Source: a virus
Reading direction: 5' to 3' (one strand)
Length of the DNA stretch: 64,000 bases
IMG/VR virus record: IMGVR_UViG_3300008952_003220
Span: 70,714-134,713 of that record
The notes beneath the pieces are model-generated. The model ran no database searches. It worked only from the letters and a program-made list of their open reading frames with translations, and was not told the DNA's origin. Both the position numbers and the translations under genes were made by a program. Shown here piece after piece: positions 19,004-29,118 of the stretch; position 1 is the stretch's first letter; every line of letters starts with the position of its first letter.

Positions 19004-19013
19004 ATGGGCATCA

Positions 19014-19056
19014 AAAACCCGCTATGCGTGTAGCATAGCGGGTTTTGTATTATAAT
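19014..19056 (+). promoter_or_regulatory. 14-bp inverted repeat overlapping a GTGTAG-N17-TATAAT promoter
   Basis: AAAACCCGCTATGC-GTGTA-GCATAGCGGGTTTT; TATAAT at 19051. Confidence 0.65.
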
Positions 19057-19073
19057 ATAACCAGGAGGTATCA

Positions 19074-20348
19074 ATGAAAGATTCAACTTCAAGTGACATT
19101 CCGGCATTCCACGCCTCTGATGAGGAAGCAGAGAAATTTAATCTAGATCCTCATCTAGTTAATCTTCTACTTCACGAACCCTTCTTTAGCCATCTTCTTC
19201 GACGAATGTCCAAGGAGAAGACTGATGCTATTAGTACAGCAGGGGTCATTGTAAAGGATGAGTCTCTTTTCATGCTTTGGAATCCAAAGTTTCTGGCTTC
19301 TCTTGAATCTATTGAAGTCAGGGGCTTGCTTAAGCATGAGTGCTATCATCTAGTATTCAATCATTGCACGGGTAGAAGGCAAGAGCCTCCCCTGCTTTGG
19401 AACTGGGCTACAGATCTTGCAATCAATTCTTTAATTCCCTCTAGAGAGCTTCCAAAGATGGGACTTGTTCCAGGTCGTCCAATCGATCTGACACATATTA
19501 CAGATCCAGACCAGATTGAAAAGTGGAAGAAGCTATCTTCTTTTATTGAAGGTCTGCCTCTCAAGAAAGCATCTGAGTGGTATATGGAAATGATCAAGAG
19601 CAACAAAGAAGTCTCTAAGATGATTGAAGAGTCTGCTGCTGGTGGGATGATTCCCTTTGACGATCATGAAGGGTGGGGACAGCTTAGTGACGAAGAGAGG
19701 CAGATCCTCGAGGGAAAGATTAAGAGTGCTCTCTCTGAAGCAGTTAAGAAATGTGATAGGACTGGTCAGTGGGGATCTGTCTCTGCTTCAACCCAGTCTG
19801 AGCTAAGACAAATGGTTTCAGACTCTATCGACTGGAAGCGCGTTCTTCATAGCTTCTGTGGCAGATCTCAGCGTATGAATAAGGCAAGGACACACAAGAA
19901 GATTAATAGAAAGTATCCTTATATTCACCCTGGAACCAAAAAGGGCCACAGTGCAAACCTCGCAGTCTTCATTGATCAGTCAGGTTCTGTTAGCAATAGC
20001 GACCTTGAACTTTTCTTTGGTGCTCTAAACTCATTTGGTAGAATCACATCTTTCACCATCTTTCCCTTTGATACATCAGTAGATGAAAAAGGGTCAGTGA
20101 GGTGGAAGAGGGGAAAGAAGTTTCCGCCGAAGCGGACAAGATACGGAGGTACAAGCTTTCACGCTGTTGAAAGCTACATTAAGAAGAAAGGTGCTGAGTT
20201 TGATGGTCACATCATTCTAACAGACGGAGAGGCGTCAGATCCAGGTATCTCTGTTCAAAGAAGGTGCTGGGTTTTGCTTCCTGGGCAAAAGCTTCTCTTC
20301 AATCCACATCCCAGTGATTCGATTGTAGAAATGAAACAGGATACTTAG
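19074..20348 (+). CDS. HExxH metallopeptidase-like plus vWA-like protein (AAA partner)
   Basis: LKHECYHLVFNH, WNWATDLAIN, FIDQSGSV, GGTSF, ILTDG. Confidence 0.85.
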   Translation: MKDSTSSDIPAFHASDEEAEKFNLDPHLVNLLLHEPFFSHLLRRMSKEKTDAISTAGVIVKDESLFMLWNPKFLASLESIEVRGLLKHECYHLVFNHCTGRRQEPPLLWNWATDLAINSLIPSRELPKMGLVPGRPIDLTHITDPDQIEKWKKLSSFIEGLPLKKASEWYMEMIKSNKEVSKMIEESAAGGMIPFDDHEGWGQLSDEERQILEGKIKSALSEAVKKCDRTGQWGSVSASTQSELRQMVSDSIDWKRVLHSFCGRSQRMNKARTHKKINRKYPYIHPGTKKGHSANLAVFIDQSGSVSNSDLELFFGALNSFGRITSFTIFPFDTSVDEKGSVRWKRGKKFPPKRTRYGGTSFHAVESYIKKKGAEFDGHIILTDGEASDPGISVQRRCWVLLPGQKLLFNPHPSDSIVEMKQDT

Positions 20349-20354
20349 CATCCC

Positions 20355-20383
20355 GTGTAAACTAAATAATATTGTTTTATAAT
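20355..20383 (+). promoter_or_regulatory. GTGTAA-N17-TATAAT promoter
   Basis: Consensus match. Confidence 0.7.
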
Positions 20384-20433
20384 GATAATGTCAATCACGA
20401 CAATTAATCCAATTAAATTGGGGGAAATATAAC

Positions 20434-21183
20434 ATGCGTCTTAATACCCGTGTTGATGAAATCGCTGTTGGAACTAATATCCTTGATGTTGAGGTGCCTC
20501 AAAAGCTCCGGCGCAGGGTTCGTTCTGGCCTTACATACTTTGATGATGCACTTGGAGGTCTTGGATTTACTCCCTCTGCTGTTACTCTTTTTACTGGGAC
20601 TCCTGGAGCCGGTAAGACAACTATGATGCTTGAGCTAGCAAATTCGTTGACGGGACACGGTAGCACAGTTCTGTTTAACACGGCTGAAGAGTCTCTCTAC
20701 CAGCTTAAGATGACTGTTGAGCGTCTCAAGCTCCGGCACGGCTTCATTGCTGGTCAAGAGGCAATGGTTCCCAAGCTTCTTGAGAATTGTGACAAGCTTC
20801 GAGCTCAAAATCCAGACAGCCCATTCTTCTTGATCATTGATAGCCTGCAATGCCTCAATGATGGCAAGTACGGAGAGCACAACACGAACTCTCGAACCAC
20901 GCAGCGGGCGTTGTGCATGATTACTGACTACTGCAAGGAGAACTTTTGCAATGCCATCGTCATTGGGCAGGTCACAAAAAGTGGACAGATGGCAGGTGCC
21001 AATGTCCTTAAGCACATGGTTGACTCTATGATGTCTCTAGACGTCGAGAGGAAGGATGAAGACCTGATGGGGTGTCGCGTTCTTACTACTGAGAAAAATC
21101 GGTTTGGAGGAGCTGGGCACATCTTCTTCCTTGCTCTACGAGAAAAGGGCTTCACTGAGATGAGTCGAGTTTCTATCGGATAG
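20434..21183 (+). CDS. RadA/Sms-like RecA-fold ATPase core
   Basis: GTPGAGKTT, AEES, IIDSLQ, GQVTKSGQMAG, KNRFG; no Zn finger or Lon-like domain. Confidence 0.82.
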   Translation: MRLNTRVDEIAVGTNILDVEVPQKLRRRVRSGLTYFDDALGGLGFTPSAVTLFTGTPGAGKTTMMLELANSLTGHGSTVLFNTAEESLYQLKMTVERLKLRHGFIAGQEAMVPKLLENCDKLRAQNPDSPFFLIIDSLQCLNDGKYGEHNTNSRTTQRALCMITDYCKENFCNAIVIGQVTKSGQMAGANVLKHMVDSMMSLDVERKDEDLMGCRVLTTEKNRFGGAGHIFFLALREKGFTEMSRVSIG

Positions 21184-21192
21184 AAATATGCT

Positions 21193-21221
21193 AAACAGCC
21201 CGGACTTCCCGGGCTGTTTTT
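21193..21221. terminator. Intrinsic terminator
   Basis: AAACAGCCCGG-ACTTC-CCGGGCTGTTTTT. Confidence 0.75.
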
Positions 21222-21267
21222 GTATTTGTCATATGAAAATCTCGACAATCTTTGGTATAATCATATA

Positions 21268-21480
21268 ATGAAGGATGAAATAGAACCATGCCAGGGTGAT
21301 CTAGTCTTGAGAAATGGAGAAACAGGGATTGTAATTAGACTCGGGGTTAGGAAAGTCTTCGATGTTGAGCTGGGTGAGTATTCAATTAATGAAGCTCAAG
21401 TTACAAGCTCGGTAGGGACAGCCTGGTGGCCAATAGAAGAATGCAAAGTTATCACTTACAATAAAGATGGAGAGAAATAA
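21268..21480 (+). CDS. KOW/SH3-like protein
   Basis: PCQGDLVLRNGETGIVI. Confidence 0.45.
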   Translation: MKDEIEPCQGDLVLRNGETGIVIRLGVRKVFDVELGEYSINEAQVTSSVGTAWWPIEECKVITYNKDGEK

Positions 21481-22252
21481 AATGACTTATCTAGATAAAG
21501 AAATGACCAGAAAAGCTCTGAAGAACATGATGGGATTTCATCAAAATCTATGTGCTCAATTTTCTGACTGGGGAATGGACTTTAGATCTAATCTTGGAAG
21601 AAGGAATGTTGTCATGTCACAAGCACAAGAGCATTTCTTTGCGAGGGAGCTATCTAAGTCGTTTAGGGATGTTGAATCAGATGGTAGAACAGGAAAGGCA
21701 GATATAGTCATCGGTGAGATATCGAAAGAGCTGGAGTGCAAGATGACATCCGGATCAGGGCAGTACAGGGCTTTCGCCCTTCAGACAGACTACGCCACAC
21801 TAGAAAATAAAGAGTCGCTAGACTATCTATACGTTCTTGCTGATGAGAAGTTTAAGCAGTTTGCTGTTCTTCATTTTGAGAACCTTACACCTGACGATTT
21901 TCATCTTCCCGCAAGTGGGTCACGCGGGAAAGCAAGAATGAAAAAAGAAAAAGCGATGAAGAGATGTAGGGTGCTTTGGGGATCTGCACTATGTCGAAAT
22001 CATTCAATGATAGACTCTATTGAGAAAAAAATAAGGAAATCTGTATCTGACTTAGACATCAGGGTCTTAGAGATTAGTGGAAGAATATCCGCATGCTCGG
22101 ACAGGGCTGTGAAGAAAAAACAAAATCTTATAAGAATGCTAGACAGAGAGACATCTAGGTATGAGAAAAAGATTAAAAAACTTTCTAAAAAAAGAGATTA
22201 TTGGAAGACAATCACCCCTCAGTTTACATTTAATCTGGAGCCTCTGTCTTGA
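21467..22252 (+). CDS. Putative PD-(D/E)xK nuclease-fold protein
   Basis: ADIVIGEISKELECKMT (D...ExK). Confidence 0.45.
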   Translation: MERNKMTYLDKEMTRKALKNMMGFHQNLCAQFSDWGMDFRSNLGRRNVVMSQAQEHFFARELSKSFRDVESDGRTGKADIVIGEISKELECKMTSGSGQYRAFALQTDYATLENKESLDYLYVLADEKFKQFAVLHFENLTPDDFHLPASGSRGKARMKKEKAMKRCRVLWGSALCRNHSMIDSIEKKIRKSVSDLDIRVLEISGRISACSDRAVKKKQNLIRMLDRETSRYEKKIKKLSKKRDYWKTITPQFTFNLEPLS

Positions 22253-22541
22253 AAGATGAACATCCGAGAAGGCAAATCAACCTAGACATTATAGCGTCTA
22301 GCTTGTCGCTTTCTTTTGTCGCCACTAGCATGATCGGTGTTCATTTAATAAAAGAAAATATAAAATTAGCTAGGAAAAAAACAAGTGACAGAAGAAAAGA
22401 AATCAAACATAAATTTCGAAAAGCCTATCGAGCAAAGGGAGGAGTTGTTACATTTCTTCGAAGAGGAGCAGCAGCAATTAGATGTTCCTGATTTTGATGA
22501 GGAGATTGTCTGTGAGAATCCGTTTGTCTGATTTATCATAA

Positions 22542-22562
22542 AAAAGGCCCTAAGGGCCTTTT
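22542..22562. terminator. Bidirectional terminator-like hairpin
   Basis: AAAAGGCCC-TAA-GGGCCTTTT. Confidence 0.65.
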
Positions 22563-22604
22563 CATTATCTATTTTATGTCTATTTATTATATAGGAGATG
22601 CTAA

Positions 22605-22883
22605 ATGGTAACACAGGAAGGTTCTCAGCTAAGTGATCAGGTTCTCGAAGAGATCGTCAGCGAGATGTTGATGGAGGAAGCCGAGCCCGGTTACATTCTT
22701 AGCGGTAGCGGCTGTGGGTGGTTTCTTGATCCTATGGCAAAGGAGATGGTCAGGCTGGAACGAGGAATTGAGCTGGTGCCTGTTACAGCAGATCCTGATG
22801 AGAGAGATCGAATACTTGTTAGAACACACACACGGTTTCTTCTAATTCCAGCTTCTGAGCTACAAGAGATTGGGTGGAATTAA
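22605..22883 (+). CDS. Hypothetical protein
   Basis: 92-aa ORF, AGGAG RBS. Confidence 0.65.
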   Translation: MVTQEGSQLSDQVLEEIVSEMLMEEAEPGYILSGSGCGWFLDPMAKEMVRLERGIELVPVTADPDERDRILVRTHTRFLLIPASELQEIGWN

Positions 22884-22953
22884 AAAGGTAATGTTCTTAG
22901 ACGCAGAGTGATATTGCCTTCGTCGCTAGATATTTATTTCAGATGGCGTTTGG

Positions 22954-25536
22954 ATGAAGATTTCTAATAAAACATTACGTGAAATGATACTGGCTGAGAT
23001 AAGTAGCCAGATCCTTTTAGAGCAAGGTATGACAGGCATTCATAGCATGCCGAATTACGCAATTCCTCAAGGGCTCTCCGCCCAGCTTCAAGGGGGTACA
23101 TCTGGTGCTCTATCCAGGCTTGCTAGCTCTAATCCGCTCAGAGCAGCAGGAAAAGCGCTTGGCGCTCAGATAGTCTACGCTGTTGGTGAGACACTCATTG
23201 AGCTTAGTGTTCAGAACTGGCTCGCCGAATATCGATTTCGTGTGATGATGGAGTCGTATCAAGCAGCTCTTAAGAGAATAATTACAAGAGCCTATGCTGC
23301 AACCGGGGAGACAGAACGCTACTGCGCATTGAGGTTTCCACGTACTCAGGGTGTCTATACAAACGAAGTGCTGGTAGATGCTCATGGGAGAGAGCATGAA
23401 ATTGAGGGTGCTGCCCAGACAAGAGAATTTACTGATGTGATTGTGGCGGCTCCTGAGCAATATTCTGATCCTAGCTTGATTGATTCATTTAAAGTTATTG
23501 ATACAAGCACAGCCGAGACTCTTCCTCTCGAAAGTGCCCTTGGTCGCACAATTGCAACTAACATGTATGCTAGCTCTGGTGAACCTGTTGTTATTATTAC
23601 ACAAGATCTTGCAGGGCAGATTCGTTACGATCCAGATACTGGAAGGCCAGTGGAGTCGACTACAGCAGTTAGCTGCCCAGATTCAGATCTATTTGATAGG
23701 GTGGATGATTCTGGGAGGCTAGTTGCTGCTGACCTGTGCTGGCCTGGTTTTAAGGCGATTATAGGTGATATATCTGCACAGGGAAGCGATGTCTATAACG
23801 GTGCGCTTAGAGATATATGGAATGAGGAGACAGATGTTGGACCCATTGCAAGCTCATATGCACCCTTTGAAAGAGAGACATTTACATCTGTTTTTAACTT
23901 GCCCTGGGGCGGTCCGGATGTATATCAGATCTGGAATCAGGAAATGATTGATCAGTGGGATTACTTCTTTGAGAGGGTTAAGCAGCAGATGAGCCAGGAT
24001 GTGGGCTATGGGGCTGACTTAGAGCATGAGCTTTTCTTAGGCTTTGACCTTGGAGAGCCTCCAGGCGGATGGGCACCGGGCTGCAGAGAAGTGCCTGGGT
24101 ATCAAGAAGGTATCCAGGTTCCATATAAGGTAGACATCCAGGACATTGAAAACTATCCAGGGGATCCAGCTGAAGGCGGTGTTAGCCCAGCTGAGGCAGC
24201 TGCCCAAGGTCTTGAAACAAGCTGTCCCACACTAATTCGATGGGATGGAAACAGGATTTACTATAATTTTGAAGAGTGGAGAAGCGCACCCGATTGCTCT
24301 TGGGCCCTGAGGGACACAGTTGTGCTTAGCCCGCATGACGGAAGAACGGGCATCAGTCAAATTGAATCAGCGCTAAATAGTGCCCTCGGTGATGGAGTAT
24401 TCCAAGGTGTCCAGGTTGTCAAGTCACCAGAAGACAGACTGCAGGCTTCGGAAGCTGAGCTCCTAAGAAATGAGCAGGCAAGTTCATTCTTGCGTTCTTA
24501 TAGTAATTTTGCGCTAGTCACATTTAGAAATGATTTAGCAGGTGATTTTTCAGTCCGGGGCTTAGGGACTGGGTCACAGGCATCAGCTAGTGAGAAGATG
24601 CTGGCAAGAATCCAGATGGGAATTAATCGGTGGCTCATATCAATCTTTATAAACCCGCAGCTTCCAGTTCAGTCTGCATCTGAAGAGACAGAACTCTCCA
24701 CTAGAGCGTGGGTCGCCCAGATGGAAGAGATTTCGCTTGGGCCAAATGAGGTGGGGCAGTGGGGATCCCACACAGACTCGGTCGGCTCTGCAATCACCAT
24801 GGCAATCAGAGGCGCAAACAGTCTTCTTGCTGACGGTGACTATGAAGATCAAGGTCTTTTACCTGTATTTAGGGACGAGATCCTGCAGAGAAATACTGTT
24901 ATAGCTGGGATGGAAGCACAAGAAGATGAGCCTGGATCAGCTGAGTCCTTTATCTTGCCTCCTGACATAGAGTATAGACTGCTGGGTGTAAACAGAGACC
25001 CACAACATTCCGAAGCGGGATACTTTGCCTATGTTGCCCTAAAGGCTAGAAGAGAGTGGGGTGACTTTGATGGTGATGGTAGAATCACAGCAATTGATAG
25101 GTTTTATGACCCAGACTCTGGTGAGACTATAGGTACAGAACAGCAAGAGATAGAGCGGGTCGGTGATGATGACACAATTGATGAGTGGAACAAGTTACAA
25201 GAACATAAGCTAAACAGGCTAATTGAGCAGAATGAATCTACTACAGCAAGACTTGCATTTGAAGAGATGAAGGAGGCTGTTCTCTCTAGTCTTGAGGCAA
25301 TTCCGAATCTGGATCTAGATTATGAATTTGTTCCGATGACAATCGAGGGGACAGTGCTAGAGCCATCTGGACAGATGACAAGTGCCTGGACTACAGAGAA
25401 CTGGGACATTCAAAATATTCTCAGAGGACATGCACCGGTTCTTAGGATCTGGATGCGGCTGCACGAGGGCAGCATAGAGTCCTTCGAAGCAGAAGCTGAG
25501 GAAGAGATTGAAGCAGCCATGGGGACATACGGATGA
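22954..25536 (+). CDS. Large acidic leader-family protein (putative virion cargo)
   Basis: MKISNKTLREMILAEISSQILLE; DFDGDGRITAID Ca-loop; ATATTTAT upstream. Confidence 0.7.
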   Translation: MKISNKTLREMILAEISSQILLEQGMTGIHSMPNYAIPQGLSAQLQGGTSGALSRLASSNPLRAAGKALGAQIVYAVGETLIELSVQNWLAEYRFRVMMESYQAALKRIITRAYAATGETERYCALRFPRTQGVYTNEVLVDAHGREHEIEGAAQTREFTDVIVAAPEQYSDPSLIDSFKVIDTSTAETLPLESALGRTIATNMYASSGEPVVIITQDLAGQIRYDPDTGRPVESTTAVSCPDSDLFDRVDDSGRLVAADLCWPGFKAIIGDISAQGSDVYNGALRDIWNEETDVGPIASSYAPFERETFTSVFNLPWGGPDVYQIWNQEMIDQWDYFFERVKQQMSQDVGYGADLEHELFLGFDLGEPPGGWAPGCREVPGYQEGIQVPYKVDIQDIENYPGDPAEGGVSPAEAAAQGLETSCPTLIRWDGNRIYYNFEEWRSAPDCSWALRDTVVLSPHDGRTGISQIESALNSALGDGVFQGVQVVKSPEDRLQASEAELLRNEQASSFLRSYSNFALVTFRNDLAGDFSVRGLGTGSQASASEKMLARIQMGINRWLISIFINPQLPVQSASEETELSTRAWVAQMEEISLGPNEVGQWGSHTDSVGSAITMAIRGANSLLADGDYEDQGLLPVFRDEILQRNTVIAGMEAQEDEPGSAESFILPPDIEYRLLGVNRDPQHSEAGYFAYVALKARREWGDFDGDGRITAIDRFYDPDSGETIGTEQQEIERVGDDDTIDEWNKLQEHKLNRLIEQNESTTARLAFEEMKEAVLSSLEAIPNLDLDYEFVPMTIEGTVLEPSGQMTSAWTTENWDIQNILRGHAPVLRIWMRLHEGSIESFEAEAEEEIEAAMGTYG

Positions 25537-25895
25537 GAGGCAGCCAGAGAAACGTGGTTATTGCTGAAACCAGACTAAGGATGTTAATAAGGGCTAGTCT
25601 ACAGAAGCTGCTAGAAGCTGAACAGAGCAGCTCCAGCAAGCCCCCAGAGGAGGGTGGCTCAGAATATTCACAAAGCTCAGGGCAGAGCTCCGACGACACG
25701 CAGTACATAGGGACAGGCGAAATGCCCTCGACAGAGGACCCGTGCCACACAGCAGGGGCCACGGTCAGCTCATTGCATAGTCAGATTGAGAATCTTCCAA
25801 AGCCAGGGGCTGATGACTATAACTCAGTAACTGCAGCTGATCTGCAAAGACAGCTTCAAGACGCCCAGAAGAATCAGGCTGAAAAGTGCAGCTGA
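25533..25895 (+). CDS. Leader-family protein
   Basis: IAETRLRMLIRASLQKLLE. Confidence 0.6.
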   Translation: MRGSQRNVVIAETRLRMLIRASLQKLLEAEQSSSSKPPEEGGSEYSQSSGQSSDDTQYIGTGEMPSTEDPCHTAGATVSSLHSQIENLPKPGADDYNSVTAADLQRQLQDAQKNQAEKCS

Positions 25896-25926
25896 TAGAT
25901 ATAATTAAAGATTGGCAGGGATTAAA

Positions 25927-26580
25927 ATGAAAATCACGCGTAGACAGTTAAGAAGACTGATAAAAGAAGAGATAGAAGCATCTCTCCTAGAGCAGGACAC
26001 CAGGCCTCCGCATCGAAGGCAAGGTGGTGCTAAAGGTGACTCCAGACAGCGCGGCAGTCATCCAGGTGGTGTCGAAGGAGGAGGGCGACCGGAGAGAAGA
26101 CAGCCGGGTTCCGGAGGGGATCCAGGTGCTGGAGGTCAGGCTGGCGGACACCTGGCAGGCCCAGCTGCCGGAGCAAGCATTAAGATCACATCTAGCGGCT
26201 GGGATGGTGAATGGACAGTGACTCCCTGCCTGCCACTGTCTGCATATGCGATTGATCCGAGCCTGCTCCCATTCCGGACCTCCGTAGACAATTATCATGC
26301 GGGAACTGGGATTTCAGATCACATAGAACGGGACTTTCCGACCACAGTTACAGATATGACCAAATACTCGATCGTACCAGTGGGAAGCTGGGGGATGATG
26401 TCTGAGTCATTTCGCAGGGAGGAACTCTCTGCCCGCATTCTGGAAGAGTCTTCCGTCCCCAAGTCTATTAACATCATAGACCTAGAAACGGGCAAGCAGG
26501 CGAAAGGAAGGATGTACAGAGATCTGTCTCTGTCATTTACTGAATGCCCATTTACAGCTGTAGTTCCAGAGGAGGATTAA
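25927..26580 (+). CDS. Leader-family protein
   Basis: MKITRRQLRRLIKEEIEASLLE. Confidence 0.75.
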   Translation: MKITRRQLRRLIKEEIEASLLEQDTRPPHRRQGGAKGDSRQRGSHPGGVEGGGRPERRQPGSGGDPGAGGQAGGHLAGPAAGASIKITSSGWDGEWTVTPCLPLSAYAIDPSLLPFRTSVDNYHAGTGISDHIERDFPTTVTDMTKYSIVPVGSWGMMSESFRREELSARILEESSVPKSINIIDLETGKQAKGRMYRDLSLSFTECPFTAVVPEED

Positions 26581-26581
26581 A

Positions 26582-27190
26582 ATGAAAATCACACGTAGAC
26601 AATTAAGAAGACTGATAAAAGAAGAGATGAGTCTCATGATGATGGATCCAATGGACCGTCATGACCATCACCGCAGCGGCGGCTGCGGTGATGAAAGAAA
26701 GACAGGTAAGAAGTGCTCTAGCTGCGCGGCGAAGAAGCCCTGCGGCTGCGGTGGTGACATGTCAGACATCAGAGGTCTAGACAGTGAAATGCCTGATGAT
26801 CTTTACGGAATGGAAGACGAGGGTAGCGCTTGGGCCAGTGGTGATGTTGTTCACGAACCGATGTCTGGAGATGAGGCCTTTGGTGCTGGGTTTGCCATGG
26901 GACAGGAAGAGCGGGATGCTTTCAGCTATACAGGTGATGTGTCTGATCTAGGAGAAGATGAGGCTATAGGTATCGGATACCATGCTGGCCTGATGGGGTT
27001 AGACGATGCACCTCACGGACATGACATGGCAGTTCCGCATCCGCAAAGCTATGACGCTGTGATGGAGTTTCTTAGATCAAACCCAGAGCTTGTTGAGATG
27101 GCTGTCGAGGAGCTCATGGGAATGACAGGGTCCACCTGTCAGGTTTCAACCAGGATGGCAATTGCAGACTATCTAGTTGAGAGTCTCTGA
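26582..27190 (+). CDS. Leader-family protein with His/Cys-rich segment
   Basis: Leader; HDHHR...CSSC..KPCGCG. Confidence 0.75.
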   Translation: MKITRRQLRRLIKEEMSLMMMDPMDRHDHHRSGGCGDERKTGKKCSSCAAKKPCGCGGDMSDIRGLDSEMPDDLYGMEDEGSAWASGDVVHEPMSGDEAFGAGFAMGQEERDAFSYTGDVSDLGEDEAIGIGYHAGLMGLDDAPHGHDMAVPHPQSYDAVMEFLRSNPELVEMAVEELMGMTGSTCQVSTRMAIADYLVESL

Positions 27191-27316
27191 TGTTGAGCAA
27201 ATTTCTTAAGTGGCTAGACTGGCGCGGTGTTCCACTGCGAGACTTCGTTATGGTATCCATTGCCTTTGGGGCTTTAACAGGCTTAGTCGTTTGTGGTTTA
27301 ATTGCACTAGCAGGCG

Positions 27317-27553
27317 GTGGATGAATGTAGCATGTCTGAAGGTAAGTGGCTAAAATCTCTAAATGATGTTAATCTTGAAGGCCTCTACCTTAGGACAGCG
27401 CAAGCGACAGCATCTCTTCCCGAAGGGATAGTCGTCTATTGTATTGTAGATGAGGGACATCAGTTTAGGGTCAGAACAGACAAGGTCTATTGCGGAGTGC
27501 AGGAGTTTATCTTTGACACTGACATGAAACACTACTTTGAGATTTACGTTTAG
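27317..27553 (+). CDS. Hypothetical protein
   Basis: 78-aa ORF. Confidence 0.5.
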   Translation: MDECSMSEGKWLKSLNDVNLEGLYLRTAQATASLPEGIVVYCIVDEGHQFRVRTDKVYCGVQEFIFDTDMKHYFEIYV

Positions 27554-27599
27554 ATTTTAGGCAGAGTGAGAATACCTATAATTATCGGGGGACAGGTAG

Positions 27600-28007
27600 A
27601 TGAAAATCACTAGAAGGCAACTAAGAAGGCTTATTAGAGAACAGCTAGAGATGCTATCTCAGCCTTTGTCGAAATCAGATGAGTTTGTTACCGGATCTGA
27701 CGTCTTGGCTGGATATATAGTTGTGAGTGCCGCTCATGATGGCATGCCCGTCGGGTACGCTCCGATTGTTCGAACCGATGGTCCAGACCGCCCGTTTCTC
27801 GTTCGGACAACAGATACAAGCTGGATCTTACCTCACAGCATGGTAAAAGCATTATACCCACAAGTGGAGGACGCATTTAACTGGGTTGACTCGAAAGGAG
27901 ACTGGCGAGATCTCGGCCCTGGATCTCGTGGAACAGTTGGAAACTTTTCATGGGAGTGGGTAGAGGATGAGCCCACTATAAGTCCCAACGATCATAATCT
28001 AATATAG
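27600..28007 (+). CDS. Leader-family protein
   Basis: MKITRRQLRRLIREQLE. Confidence 0.75.
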   Translation: MKITRRQLRRLIREQLEMLSQPLSKSDEFVTGSDVLAGYIVVSAAHDGMPVGYAPIVRTDGPDRPFLVRTTDTSWILPHSMVKALYPQVEDAFNWVDSKGDWRDLGPGSRGTVGNFSWEWVEDEPTISPNDHNLI

Positions 28008-28082
28008 ATCTCATTAGACAGTAAATATCAAAATTTTCTAAATACATATATAAGAAGCCTCACACAAGAGAAGGAAAGGGCG

Positions 28083-28466
28083 ATGAAAATAACAAGAAAC
28101 CAACTTAGAAGACTGATCAAGGAGGAGCTTGGTCACCTCCTTGAGCAGGTAGCACCTGTAGAGCCCGGGGCTATGACCTACAATGATTGGTATCAAAGCA
28201 TGCTGGGGCATGATGACTGGCATAAAATGGTAGGGGTCGGCATTGGTCATAATCCAGGTCAAGCTAAAGATCAAGCAGTGCAGCATGCGACCCGGAGAAT
28301 CGAGGGAGCCGGCTTGGTCGCTGGCATGAATCCAGCCGAAGTGATCGGTGAGCGCGATCCAGCACTCTTCAATGATGATGAAGATGACAGAGTGGCAGTC
28401 GCTGTCACCCTGGGCTATGTCGACGAAGAGATGATCATCTCCACCAGGCGTCCCTGGTGGAGATGA
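28083..28466 (+). CDS. Leader-family protein
   Basis: MKITRNQLRRLIKEELGHLLE. Confidence 0.75.
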   Translation: MKITRNQLRRLIKEELGHLLEQVAPVEPGAMTYNDWYQSMLGHDDWHKMVGVGIGHNPGQAKDQAVQHATRRIEGAGLVAGMNPAEVIGERDPALFNDDEDDRVAVAVTLGYVDEEMIISTRRPWWR

Positions 28467-28490
28467 TCATCCAGTACGACGGATGAACCA

Positions 28491-28910
28491 GTGAAAATTA
28501 CCCGTAGACAGCTAAGAAGACTTATCAAGGAAGAGCTGGTAAGACTAGTAGAGCAGCAGGTTCCTCAAGTTGAACCTGTTCCAGTTACAATGGGTATGTA
28601 TTGTGTAAAAGAAGGGGACACACTGTCTGCAATCACAGCCCAGTATTCACCACAGGATGTAGACTGGCAGATGAATCACGATCTTAATCCAGAAATTTCT
28701 GATCCAGATATGATACATCCAGGGCAGCAAGTTGAAATATACTTGAACCCAGACATACCTGCTGATGAGTGGCTTAGTATTTCGGTGTGTGATCCGGATT
28801 CTGATTTCACTGGCTGGCACTACCGCCCGGATGGAATGGTCGCATTTACACCAGCTCATGATGAAGTTATACCTTCACCCAATCTTAATCTTCCTGCGAT
28901 GCGAAGATAG
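28491..28910 (+). CDS. Leader-family LysM protein
   Basis: Leader plus YCVKEGDTLSAI...NPEISDPDMIHPGQQVEI. Confidence 0.82.
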   Translation: MKITRRQLRRLIKEELVRLVEQQVPQVEPVPVTMGMYCVKEGDTLSAITAQYSPQDVDWQMNHDLNPEISDPDMIHPGQQVEIYLNPDIPADEWLSISVCDPDSDFTGWHYRPDGMVAFTPAHDEVIPSPNLNLPAMRR

Positions 28911-28920
28911 AATAGGCACA

Positions 28921-29118
28921 ATGAAGATCACACGTAGACACCTAAGAAGACTTATCAAGGAAGAGCTGAGTCATCTTCTTGAGGTAGATTCTGAAAAGAT
29001 AGCAGCTCTAACTACTGCCCTTGCTGATCTTGATAAGGAAAAGATTACTGTTAGTCAGGCAGAAGAGCTTGAAGCAGACATAGATGCGATGCAACAAGAT
29101 GTTGAGGCGTCAGGGTAG
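28921..29118 (+). CDS. Leader-family small protein
   Basis: MKITRRHLRRLIKEELSHLLE. Confidence 0.7.
   Translation: MKITRRHLRRLIKEELSHLLEVDSEKIAALTTALADLDKEKITVSQAEELEADIDAMQQDVEASG

Noticed and set aside
24555-24800. Peptidoglycan-binding domain in the 860-aa protein
   Set aside because: Only a loose resemblance (LARIQMGIN...GQWGSHT) with a long insertion; not supportable without a profile search.
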